A stretch of 16,171 bases of DNA, taken from contig JBBSXC010000002.1 of the NCBI GenBank assembly GCA_038045945.1, positions 1 to 16,171 on the forward strand. Reading direction: 5' to 3'. This document shows positions 1 to 9,600 of the stretch, one piece after another; position 1 is the first letter of the stretch; each line of letters opens with the position of its first letter. The position numbers and the translations under genes were made by a program. The notes beneath the pieces were generated by a model that was not told the origin of the DNA, ran no database searches, and saw only the letters and a list, made by a program, of their open reading frames with translations. The stretch is from Nanobdellota archaeon (GTDB lineage Archaea; Nanobdellota; Nanobdellia; Pacearchaeales; GW2011-AR1).

Positions 1-3000
1 GCTATAGTTTTGTTATTGCTAGTTGCGTTCTTCTTAACTATTGATCCTCCTCCGCCTCCGCTACCCCCTCCGTTTCCCCCTGATGCTGGTGGTGTATAAC
101 TGTTATTTGTTTCGTTGTTTTCTACTACCGTGTAGTTTGTGAAGTGTTCTACTAAGAATACTAATTCTCCTGTTGTTGAGTCGTAGCTTTCTACTGTGCA
201 TAAGGGTTTTTCGCAGTCAATTCCGTCTCTTTGCACTTTTAGGAGATTAATGTTTTTTCCTCCTCCTATGTTTATTGTTACTGTTGCTGGTTCGTTTGAT
301 AATTCTTTTAGTGCTTGCTCTCCTGTGTCTACTGATACTGTTCCTAGTATGTTTCCTGATTTTTCGTTAAAGATTTTTATGTAATCATTTATTTTTTGTA
401 ATATTTGGTTTACTGTTTTTGTTTGGTCGTATTTTTTGAAGTCTATTATGTTTGTGAATTCTATAACTCCCATACCATTTCTTTCAAGAGTTAAAGGTAC
501 TTTGCTTAAGTCTTCTTCTTTTTCTAAATCTGTTGTTTTTCCCCCATCAAAGTTTTCTTTATATTTTTCGGAATCGGTTTTTGGTATAGTACAAGCGTCG
601 CATACTAATCCTCCGCAATCAATTCCTGTTTCATCGCCATTCATTATTTTATCGTTACATTTTGGTGTCTGTGGCGTATTAGTTAAGCACTGGTTTGTAC
701 AAGAATCAGCATTGTTATTATTGTTCCCATCATCGCATTCTTCTCCTGTTTCTACTTTGCCGTTTCCACAGATTGTTGTTATTTGGCATGAGTTATATCC
801 GCTACAATCTCCTTTACATGATTGTATTCCGCTTTCTTCTCCTACAAAACATGCTTGTGTTGATTTGTCGCAAATTTCTCCTCCCTCTTTTATTCCATTA
901 CCACATACTGATGCCCCGTTTTCTACTCCGTTCATGTCATTAATTATTTCTTGTTCTGTTAATGCCCTATTAAATATTTTTAGTTCATCAATTTTACCGT
1001 AGAATTGTCCATCGTAATTTCTTTCGTCGCTTCCGAATGCCCCTATTGTTATGTCTCCTGGCCCGTTTCCTACTGCTCCTACATTGTTTCCTGGTATGTC
1101 CGTACATCTTTCTCCGTCGAGGTATAATTCTGCATTATTTCCTATTTGTCTTATTGCTACGTGTGTCCATTGCCCGTTTACTGGCTTTGTTGTGCACCTT
1201 GCTGTTCCCAGCCCTAGTGCTGATCCTCTCCATGCTAAAGCGTCTCCATTCATCATGAATGTCCATTCGTAATTAATAGGATTTTTTACTATTATTTCTC
1301 CTCCTCTTTCAAAGTTTTCTGAATAAATCCATCCTGTTATTGTTACTGATCCTGGTATTGATAATGGGCCTTTTATTCTTACATAGTCGTTTATTCCGTC
1401 TAGTTCTAATGCTTGTCCTATTTTTCCTGTTCCGAATTTTGGTTCGTTTTGAGGTATTCCATCTTTTCCCTTATTTTCTCCGCTATTTTTTAGGTCTCCA
1501 TCAAAGTTGTAGTATACTATTGGTTCTGCTATTGGGTAAGAGTTCTCTTCAAGTTGTTTTGGTATTGCTTCGCCAACTATTGAAACTTTATCTCTTATGA
1601 AGTTGTTTATTGCATCTGCTGTGAAACGTTCGTCCCATTTTCCTCTTCTATTCTTTATTGCTTCAAGTGTGAATGACTTTCTGTTTTGTTTTTCTGGGGG
1701 AAAACCTAAGCTTTCCATGTATGCTGCTATTGTTGCTTTTTCCGGGTCCTTAAATTGTGTTTTTGCAAACTTTGCGTCGGGTTCAATGTTGCTTATCCAT
1801 GCAGCATCACTTATGCTTCCATAATTGAAATGTTGTGTTGGAAATCCGTATCTTCCCTCGAGCCCTGTGTTGTAGTATGTGTTTGATGAGAATGATAATT
1901 TTTCGCTTGGCCAACCGTTTACTGATACTCCTTTTGATTGTTCTATTATGTTGTTACGAACGTAGCTTGTTCCTGGTTCTCCAGTAAGTTGCATTCCAAG
2001 ATTTATCCCTATGTTGTCTTCAATTCCGGTTCCTGACCCTTCAAAATTGTATATTTTATTGCCTTCTATTATTAATTCCTCAACAGATCCTGATACTCCT
2101 ATTGCTTGTCCTAAACCTGCTTTCCACTTTAGTGCTATTATGTTGTTAGTTATTTCTAGTCTTCCAAATCCTGGTTTTTGACCGTTTGCTGCTAGATGGC
2201 TTGCTGTTATTCCACTTCCTCTAATGTTCCACCCTCCGTCTCCTTCAAGATCAACTGCTTCTAAAATAACGTTTCTATCTACTTTTGAGTTTATAGAAGG
2301 CCAATCAAAGTTTGGTGCTGTGTATCCTAAAGTTATTCCCATTGGGTTTCCTGCTAAAAAATTGTTTTCAACTAAGTTTTTCCCCACTTCTCCAGCAGCT
2401 CTGTCCATTAGTCCTTCTCCTGCACCATCTGATAATATGTTTTCTCTTACAATAACATTCCAGTTGTTTGCTTGATTGTAAAAATTGTGTAAGAACCATG
2501 TTGCAACTTTTGGATCATTTGCAGTCCTTTCACCGCTTGGCCCCATTTTCAGACCGTTAGAATAATAAACATTTCCTTCATTTAGTAGCTCATCAATTTG
2601 TTCAGTGTATGCTCCAAGGTTTGCTGTTATCTTACCGTTACCATCTGTTACCCATCCGTCATAAACGCTATTTCTTCTGAATTCTAAGTTTGTGTATCCT
2701 TGAACGTTTAGTGCTCCTCCGCTTGGGAAATTATTTCCTTCAACTATTAAGTTTGAGAATTGTTTTCCCCCTCCACCGCTTATTATTGATCCCCCACAAT
2801 GATTCTCTTCACTATAAACAGCAAAGTCTAAATCTCTTATTACAACATTGTTAGACCTCCTTGTTGCATAGCTTCCACATACTAATGCTGGTCTTTCTTC
2901 TAACGTTTCTCCCGTACTGTAACCTCCAAGAATCAATCTTTCTTTATCGCTCCTTCCTGATGTTCCTTGATTTGCTGGATTCCCAAAGCTTTCCCAGTAC

Positions 3001-3482
3001 CATTTGTCTCCAAATCTCATTAATAACCAGTCTGGGTATCCTTCACGTAATTGTGAGTGTCCTGCTGCCAAAGTCTTTTTTGGTCCGCAAAGACTTTCAT
3101 CAGTCGGTGCTATAGGGCACCTGCCCGTCCACTCATCTTTTCCTAAGCTTGAACTAACATATGTTATTATTGTGTCCGAGCTTGGATCAAAAGTTGTCCA
3201 ACCATCCTCATCTGCTCTTGGCTCTGCTATTTCTTTATCATCCTCTGAAGACCAGCATCCCAAATCTAGTTGCCAGTCTAATAATCCATCTCCATCGTTG
3301 TCTATTCCATCGTTACACTCAGTTACTATTGGGCTTAATTCCACATCCTTTCCTCCTTTTCCTGCTTCACCAGTTAGTGTTTGCGAACTTAGTCGCAAGA
3401 TCGTTATTGATAACAAAGCAATTATTATAATTATTAAGAATATTATTCTTTCATCATACTTTTTCACCAAACCTTTTTTCAC
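1..3482 (-). CDS. Large multidomain secreted/surface protein (>1160 aa, 3' end beyond window): N-terminal TM, acidic Cys motif, right-handed beta-helix, LamG-like jellyroll, Cys-rich repeats, beta domain, Gly linker
   Basis: Not in the ORF track because there is no stop inside the window. Manual translation of the open frame from GTG at 3482 (in-frame TAA at 3486-3488; alternative GTG at 3467) gives MKKGLVKKYDERIIFLIIIIIALLSITIL (TM), ECNDGIDNDGDGLLDWQLDLGC, and YVSSSLGKD...LREGYPDWLLMRFGDKW. Beta-helix-type Asn-ladder repeats follow (LIVEGNNF, IVRENIL, VENNFL, ITNNII, IEGNKI, VRNNII; ~1570-3200). LamG motifs YYNFDG, GKIGQALELDGINDYV, WTHVA and FYGKIDELKIFNRAL lie at ~935-1515. CGNGKVETGEECDDGN and CNDKIMNGDETGIDCGG lie at ~590-905, then LVFLVEHFTNY and SGGNGGGSGGGG. 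Confidence 0.9.
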   Translation of the reverse strand, partial: MKKGLVKKYDERIIFLIIIIIALLSITILRLSSQTLTGEAGKGGKDVELSPIVTECNDGIDNDGDGLLDWQLDLGCWSSEDDKEIAEPRADEDGWTTFDPSSDTIITYVSSSLGKDEWTGRCPIAPTDESLCGPKKTLAAGHSQLREGYPDWLLMRFGDKWYWESFGNPANQGTSGRSDKERLILGGYSTGETLEERPALVCGSYATRRSNNVVIRDLDFAVYSEENHCGGSIISGGGGKQFSNLIVEGNNFPSGGALNVQGYTNLEFRRNSVYDGWVTDGNGKITANLGAYTEQIDELLNEGNVYYSNGLKMGPSGERTANDPKVATWFLHNFYNQANNWNVIVRENILSDGAGEGLMDRAAGEVGKNLVENNFLAGNPMGITLGYTAPNFDWPSINSKVDRNVILEAVDLEGDGGWNIRGSGITASHLAANGQKPGFGRLEITNNIIALKWKAGLGQAIGVSGSVEELIIEGNKIYNFEGSGTGIEDNIGINLGMQLTGEPGTSYVRNNIIEQSKGVSVNGWPSEKLSFSSNTYYNTGLEGRYGFPTQHFNYGSISDAAWISNIEPDAKFAKTQFKDPEKATIAAYMESLGFPPEKQNRKSFTLEAIKNRRGKWDERFTADAINNFIRDKVSIVGEAIPKQLEENSYPIAEPIVYYNFDGDLKNSGENKGKDGIPQNEPKFGTGKIGQALELDGINDYVRIKGPLSIPGSVTITGWIYSENFERGGEIIVKNPINYEWTFMMNGDALAWRGSALGLGTARCTTKPVNGQWTHVAIRQIGNNAELYLDGERCTDIPGNNVGAVGNGPGDITIGAFGSDERNYDGQFYGKIDELKIFNRALTEQEIINDMNGVENGASVCGNGIKEGGEICDKSTQACFVGEESGIQSCKGDCSGYNSCQITTICGNGKVETGEECDDGNNNNNADSCTNQCLTNTPQTPKCNDKIMNGDETGIDCGGLVCDACTIPKTDSEKYKENFDGGKTTDLEKEEDLSKVPLTLERNGMGVIEFTNIIDFKKYDQTKTVNQILQKINDYIKIFNEKSGNILGTVSVDTGEQALKELSNEPATVTINIGGGKNINLLKVQRDGIDCEKPLCTVESYDSTTGELVFLVEHFTNYTVVENNETNNSYTPPASGGNGGGSGGGGGSIVKKNATSNNKTI

Positions 3483-3504
3483 GAATTATGAAAGAACTAT
3501 AAGC

Positions 3505-3512
3505 TATTTAAG
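3505..3512 (-). promoter_or_regulatory. Putative archaeal TATA box (CTTAAATA)
   Basis: Ends 22 nt upstream of the GTG at 3482, the same spacing as two other TATA-like boxes in the window. Confidence 0.5.
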
Positions 3513-3529
3513 TATTATTAAGAAGCTTT

Positions 3530-4456
3530 TTATGGTATTCCGCTGTATTTGAAGTTTATTAGTACGAATATTATTATGAACATTATTGTGCTTATGAAGA
3601 ATAATGGGTATGTCATGTCCAAATTTACTTTTCTTCTTGATAATTTTAGCATTTCTAGCATTGATGCTTTTAGTTCTTCGTTGTTGTTTACTAGTGAGAA
3701 TTGTCCTGCTGTTTCGTAAGCCATTGCTTTTAGTGCTTCTTCGTCTAGTTTTGATACGTATCCTAATATGTTTTCTGCCCCTTTTGTTGTTCCTACTCCT
3801 AGCGTGTTTATAACTATCTCGTTTTGTTTAGCGTACTTTATTATTGCTTCTACTGTGTCTACGTTTATTTCTCCGTCACTTAGGACTATTATTGCTTTTG
3901 TGTCTTCTTCTTTGTACATTGTGCTTGCTGCTATCATTGCATTCATTATGTTTGTTCCTCCTACTCTGTTTACTCTTATGTTTCTTATTGCTTCTCTCAT
4001 TGGTTCTTTGTTTGCTGTTATTTCTTGTTCTATGAACGGTACTCCTGAGAATGACATTACTCCTATTCTTGTGCTTACTGGTGCGTTGTTTACGAATTCT
4101 GTTGCTGCTGTTTTTGCCGCTTCTATTCTGCTCGGTGATAAATCTGTTGTTTCCATGCTTTGTGATGTGTCTATTGCTATTACGAATGAGAATGTGCTTG
4201 CGCTTTTTGTTACGCTCATGTGCATTCCTGCGCTTGCTAGCGACATTATTGCAACTAGGATTATACTTAAATAAAGAACCGTCAGGTTCTTTGAAAAGAA
4301 TTGTATTCCGCTTATTCTGCTTATTGCGTCGAAATTTGCGAATTTTAGTGCTCTCATGTCATGTCTTTTTAATGAGTAGAAGTGTATGAATATTAGTGCT
4401 GGTATTATTAGTATTATTGCTAAATATTTTGGGTTTGTGAATGTGAATATTGCCAT
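3530..4456 (-). CDS. BatA-like membrane VWA domain protein
   Basis: N-terminal BatA-type double TM (FTNPKYLAIILIIPALIFIH), intact MIDAS AIDTSQSM, SRIEAAK, GGTNI, VLSDG and a C-terminal TM. It follows MoxR and DUF58. Confidence 0.9.
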   Translation of the reverse strand: MAIFTFTNPKYLAIILIIPALIFIHFYSLKRHDMRALKFANFDAISRISGIQFFSKNLTVLYLSIILVAIMSLASAGMHMSVTKSASTFSFVIAIDTSQSMETTDLSPSRIEAAKTAATEFVNNAPVSTRIGVMSFSGVPFIEQEITANKEPMREAIRNIRVNRVGGTNIMNAMIAASTMYKEEDTKAIIVLSDGEINVDTVEAIIKYAKQNEIVINTLGVGTTKGAENILGYVSKLDEEALKAMAYETAGQFSLVNNNEELKASMLEMLKLSRRKVNLDMTYPLFFISTIMFIIIFVLINFKYSGIP

Positions 4457-4520
4457 AGTTTGTTTTTTTGTGTTTTGTTTGTTTTTTCTTTATTTTTTAT
4501 CTTTTTTTTCTTGGAATTCT

Positions 4521-4540
4521 TGAAAATCTTTAGATTTTCA
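4521..4540. repeat. Perfect 9-bp inverted repeat TGAAAATCT-TT-AGATTTTCA (hairpin or operator)
   Basis: Read directly in the intergenic gap, 7 nt downstream of the DUF58 stop. Function unknown. Confidence 0.6.
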
Positions 4541-4547
4541 TACAGTT

Positions 4548-5459
4548 TTATGCTCCTTGTAGTATTACGGGTGCTGCTTTTTCTTGTGCTCTTTTTTTCA
4601 TGAATGATGCTAGGTAAAATGGGAAGTGTTTGTTTGTTAATAGCTCTATGAAGTCTGCTGGTGTGCTGTGGAACATTTTTTTTACTTCTTCTTCTTTTTT
4701 TCTTACGTAGTATTCATACTTGTTTTTTGCTACTGATGGGTTTACTACTAGTTTTTCTCCTGTTTGAGGGTTTTCTATTGTTACTTCTTCATCTATATCT
4801 GGTAGTTCTCTCTCTATTGGGTCTCTTATCATTATTCCCACTGTTTCTATTTGTGTTGATAATGCACTCAACTTTTTTTGGAAGTTTTTTGATAGGTGCA
4901 TGAAGTCGCTTACTATGAATATCCCTGTTAGGCTTTTGTCTAAGTGTTGCAAGAGGAAGTCTATTGCTCCTTCTATTTTTGTTTCTCCCCCATAGCTTTC
5001 TGTTCTTTTTAGTATGTCTGCGAATAGTGCGAATCTTTTTGTTCCTCCTTTTGGGTATGCGAACTCATAATATTTTCCTTTTGGCATTATGAATCCTACT
5101 TTGTCTCCGCTTGTTATTACTAGGTGTGCTAGTGCTACTGATACTTCTGCTGCGTATTCGCATTTTAGTTTGTTTGCGCTTCCGAATATCATGTTGTCTC
5201 CTAGGTCTATTATGAATACTATTTTTATGTCTCTTTCTTCTATGTATTGTTTTATTAGTGTTTTGTTAGCTCTGTAACTGGCTTTCCAGTCTATTAGTGC
5301 TGCGTCGTCGTCTGGGCTGTATACTCTGTATGAGTCGAATTCTAGTCCTTTTCCTCTAAATAGTATTCTGTATATTATTCTTTTTAGTTGGAATTTTCTC
5401 ATTGCTCCTTCGAATTCTGATATGTTTCTTGCGTAGTCTACGTTTAGTTCCCTTTCCAT
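4548..5459 (-). CDS. DUF58 family protein (MoxR-associated, vWA-like)
   Basis: Signature FRGKGLEFDSYRVYSPDDDAALIDWKASYR...KQYIEERD, GDKVG, IVSDF and IRDPIE. Directly downstream of MoxR. Confidence 0.92.
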   Translation of the reverse strand: MERELNVDYARNISEFEGAMRKFQLKRIIYRILFRGKGLEFDSYRVYSPDDDAALIDWKASYRANKTLIKQYIEERDIKIVFIIDLGDNMIFGSANKLKCEYAAEVSVALAHLVITSGDKVGFIMPKGKYYEFAYPKGGTKRFALFADILKRTESYGGETKIEGAIDFLLQHLDKSLTGIFIVSDFMHLSKNFQKKLSALSTQIETVGIMIRDPIERELPDIDEEVTIENPQTGEKLVVNPSVAKNKYEYYVRKKEEEVKKMFHSTPADFIELLTNKHFPFYLASFMKKRAQEKAAPVILQGA

Positions 5460-5463
5460 AGTG

Positions 5464-6561
5464 TTATGGTATTTCTACTTTGTCTAGAATTGCTTGTATT
5501 ACTTTTTCTGGTGTTACTTTTTCGCTTTGTGCTAGGTAGTTTAGTATCATTCTGTGTCTTAGTATTTCGAATGCTACTTTTCTTACGTCGCTTGGTATTA
5601 CAAAGTTTCTTCCGTTTATTAGTGCTTCTGCTTTGCTTGCTATGAATAATCCTATGGTTGCGCGTGGACTGCACCCCATCTCTAAGAATTGGTTGTATTC
5701 TGTTGCTTGGTTGTCTCTTGTTGCTTCTACTATTCTTACTATGTATTCTTCTATTTCTTTACTTAAGTATATGTCTTTTACTAGTATTTGCATTCTTACT
5801 ATTTCTTCTGGTGTTAGTATTGGTTTTATTTCGAAATCTTCGAATTTGAATAGGCTCATGTTTCTTTTCATTATTACTTTTTCTTCGTCTTTGCTTGGGT
5901 AGTCCATTAGTATTTTGAATAGGAATCTGTCTACTTGTGCTTCTGGTAAAAAGTATACTCCGCTTGTTTCTACGGGGTTTTCTGTTGCCATTACGAAGAA
6001 TGGTTTTGGTAAGGGGTATGTTTCTTTTCCTATTGTTACGTTTCTTTCTTGCATTGCTTCTAGTAGTGCGCTTTGTGTTTTTGGTGGACTTCTGTTTATT
6101 TCGTCTGCTACTAAAAAGTTTGCGAATATTGGTCCTTTTACTACTTCCATTCCTTTGTCTGGTGTGTATGTTGTTATTCCTACTATGTCTGTTGGCAAGA
6201 GGTCTACTGTGAATTGTACTCTTTTTGCTTCGCATCCTGTTACTTTTGCTAGTGTTATTACTAGTAGTGTTTTTGCTATTCCTGGTACTCCTTCTAGTAG
6301 TACGTGTCCGTTGCATAGTAGTCCTCTTATTAGTCCTTCAACTACTTTTTCTTGTCCTACTACTACTTTTTTTATCTCGTTTTTTACTTCTTGTAGTTTT
6401 TTCCCGCATGTTGCTACTTCTTCTTCTGTTGCTCTTCCCCCATAGTCTCCTTCTTGTGTTGGTGTTTGTCCTTTGAATTTTTTTGTTTCTTCAGAATTAG
6501 TTTTTTTTGTTTTTGTATCAATTCTTTTTTTGTTTATTACTTTCTCTTTATTCTTCTTCAT
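5464..6561 (-). CDS. moxR: MoxR family AAA+ ATPase
   Basis: Walker A GHVLLEGVPGIAKT, RVQFTVDLLPTDIVG, Walker B LVADEINR, SALLEAMQE, ATENPVE, LPEAQVDRF and GCSPRA. Start placed at ATG 6561 because GAGGTG (6568-6573) lies 6 nt upstream; the track's GTG at 6570 is part of that site. Confidence 0.95.
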   Translation of the reverse strand: MKKNKEKVINKKRIDTKTKKTNSEETKKFKGQTPTQEGDYGGRATEEEVATCGKKLQEVKNEIKKVVVGQEKVVEGLIRGLLCNGHVLLEGVPGIAKTLLVITLAKVTGCEAKRVQFTVDLLPTDIVGITTYTPDKGMEVVKGPIFANFLVADEINRSPPKTQSALLEAMQERNVTIGKETYPLPKPFFVMATENPVETSGVYFLPEAQVDRFLFKILMDYPSKDEEKVIMKRNMSLFKFEDFEIKPILTPEEIVRMQILVKDIYLSKEIEEYIVRIVEATRDNQATEYNQFLEMGCSPRATIGLFIASKAEALINGRNFVIPSDVRKVAFEILRHRMILNYLAQSEKVTPEKVIQAILDKVEIP

Positions 6562-6567
6562 AATTAG

Positions 6568-6606
6568 CACCTCTCCTCATTTACTTGTTTTTTTAGATTA
6601 TTAAAT
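6568..6606 (-). promoter_or_regulatory. Shine-Dalgarno GAGGTG (6568-6573) and TATA-like ATTTAATA (6599-6606) for moxR
   Basis: GAGGTG is a partial match to the archaeal GGAGGTGA consensus. The TATA-like box sits in the 66-nt intergenic gap. Confidence 0.5.
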
Positions 6607-6627
6607 GTTTTCTTCATTGTTTTCTCT

Positions 6628-9600
6628 TTATATTTTGAATTCTGAAAAGTTTGGTTCTCTTCTCATTCTCATTCTGTTGAATAAGTGGTATACGAATATT
6701 AACGATAGTATTCCTAGTGTTCCAGATACTAAGTATACTAGTATGTCTCTTGTTGGCGTTTTTGGGCCGATTATTGTTGGTCTTTGTGCTATTGAGTTTT
6801 TACATGCTCTTACTACTTCGTTGCTGTATTGCCATGCTTCGTCTGCTTTTCCTTCAGCTAATGCCTTTTTTGCTCTGTCTAGTGATTCTTTTAGTTCTGC
6901 GCACTCAGGGTTTTGTACTAGTAGTTCATCTGTGAATAGTATTATTTGTTCTACTTCTGTTTTGTTTGTTTCTATTATGTCTAGGAAGAATTTTCCCCAG
7001 TCTGAGAAGCTAGGGTCCCTTACTGTTCCATTAATTATTATTTCTACTCTTCCTGTCTTTTTTGTGTCTATTGATATTGTCATGTTTGTTGTTTTTTTCT
7101 GTCCTGATGTTAATGAATCAAAAAATGTTTGTCCGAAACTTACGTTTACTATTCCCGTGACGTTTTCGTTTACTACTACTAAACTTTTTAGGTTTATCCC
7201 TGTTAGTTTTGTTTGTCCTGAGTTTAGTAGTGTTAATGGTACGACTATTTGGTCGTACTTGAATGATGATATTTTGTCAGGCAATAATAATTTTAGGCTT
7301 ACTGGTCTTGATGCTCCTCCTCCGCCTCCAACCCCTCCTCCGCTGCTTGGCGTTGTTACCGATGTTGATGATGGTGTTAGGTTTACTGAGAAGTTGTTGC
7401 TTTTTGCTAGGCTATAGGTATCATTTGCTATTATTTGGAAGTATTCTATTCCTGTTACTGTTGACGTTGATACATTGAATTTTGGTAATTCTCCTGATGA
7501 GTTTGTCCAGTTTGTTATTGTTGCTGTAAATGATCCGCTTATTTGTGAAAAACTCGAATTCATCCTTAAGAATGAGAATTCTACTGAGTAATTGTTACAT
7601 GTGTTTGAGTTCACGTCTCCGTCTGAGAAGTAGTCTGTTAGTGTGTATGTTATACTTCCTCCTGCTGTAGTGTTTGCTATTATTGACGCAAAGCTTACTG
7701 GATAGTTTGTGTGGTTTACGCTCAAGTTTATTATTGTTGTGTTGCTAAAGTACGGGTTTGATATGTTTATAGTTAAATTTTTCGCCCCACCACATGTTGT
7801 TTCGTCTGTTAGGTTTAGGTATAATGCTAATGTTACGTTTGCTCCTCCTGCTCCGTTTCCTACGCTCGTGTTTCTCACTATTCCGTCAATTATTATTGTG
7901 TAGTTTAGGTTGTCTCCTACTGTGTGGTTTCCTGTCATGTTTATCATTATGGTAGAGTTTTCGCTTGAGTATACTACTGTTGGGTTGTATGCTACTATTC
8001 TTACTTGGTCGTATACGTTTATCCAAAAGTCCATTGATGATTGTGCGTTGCTTGTGTCGTTTACAGATACGTTTATGTGGTATGATCCGCTTATTGTTGA
8101 ATTAATACTCAGGTTTATTATTCCAGTACTTGTATTGAACGTGCTCGAATTTGCGAAGCTTGTTCCTTGTAAGAATGAGTATGTTATGTTATATGTGCCC
8201 CCGCTATCAGTGCTATTGTCTTCTCGATCGGTGATGTTCATTCTTATTGTCAGGTTTGCCCCTTGGTATGTTGATTGGTTGCTTATTTGTGTTATGTTTG
8301 GTGCGTGGTTTATCGAGTTAATTGTTATTGTGAATGAGCTCGTTGCGTTTAGTCCGCTTTGGTCTTGTGCTTGCACATAAACATTATAAATTTTTTGCAG
8401 TGCTCCTCCTAAGTCGCTTTTGTTTGGTGTGAATGTTGCTGAATAAATCATCAGGTCTGGTTGGCTTGGTGTAGGTACAGAAAGTAGTGTTAGATTGAAT
8501 AGGTTAGTATTAGGTCCGACTATTGTAAAGTTGAAGCTGATATTTTCATTATAGATTCCTTTTTGTTTTATTCTGAAATCGTTGTCTCTAACATTTATCT
8601 GCATTGACCCTGAAGAACTATCTTCACTTACTGTTGGTCCAGCAAAAGAATCAATTGTTGGTGTGTCGTTAATATTGCTTACGTATATGCTTATGTTTGT
8701 TACTCCTGGTGTTCTTCCGTCTGATGCGTTTATTGTTATGTTATGGTATCCTACGTCTATGTCTATTGGTGTAAAGTTTATTATTCCTTGCGAGTTTGAT
8801 CCGTTATAGAATTCTGGGAATTGTGTTTGGCTTAGGTTGTAATAACTGAAATTAATTAAGTCTCCATCAGGGTCGCTTACATTGTTGCTTAGGTTTAAGT
8901 AAAAGTTTGTGTTCTCTTCTACTGTAAAGTTTTGCCCTATGCTCCATTCTGGTGCTGAGTTTCCTACTAGTTGTATTATGAATATGAAGTTTGATCCTGA
9001 AAATCCGTTATTGTCTACTACGCTTAGGTTTATTGTGTTATTTCCTAGTGTTGTAGAGTTTGCTGTGAATGTTAGTGATACTTGTGATCTGTTGTTTGTG
9101 TCTCCAGTTTTTGCTATTGTTATCCAGGGTATTGTTGATCCGCTCATGTTTTTTGCTGTGAAGTTTATTGATTCATTAAATCCCCCGTTACTCACGTTTT
9201 TGTTAGGCACTAATAAGTCGTTGTCTGTTGCGTTTATGTATAGGGTGTATGTGTTTCCGTTGAATCCTGTAAAGTTTGTTGTTGGAAAGAGGGATACTGA
9301 GTCGTTAACGTTGAATACTTGTAGTCTTATTAGTCTTGATGAATACTTGTTTGGTGGGTATCCTATATTGTCTAATACTGATATGTTTATTGACCAGTTT
9401 CCTACTTGGTAATCATCAGGTGTGAAGTTTATTGCTGTTGATGAGTTATAGTTTACTGGTGTTACGTTTGTTGCGTTCAAAAACCATGTGAAATTACTTA
9501 CGTATGTTAGGTTTGCTAATTCGTCAATGTCTGATGCGTTCACATAACAGGAAAATGGTGTGTTTTCTGATATGTTGAAGTATGGTGTGCTTGCTCCGAA

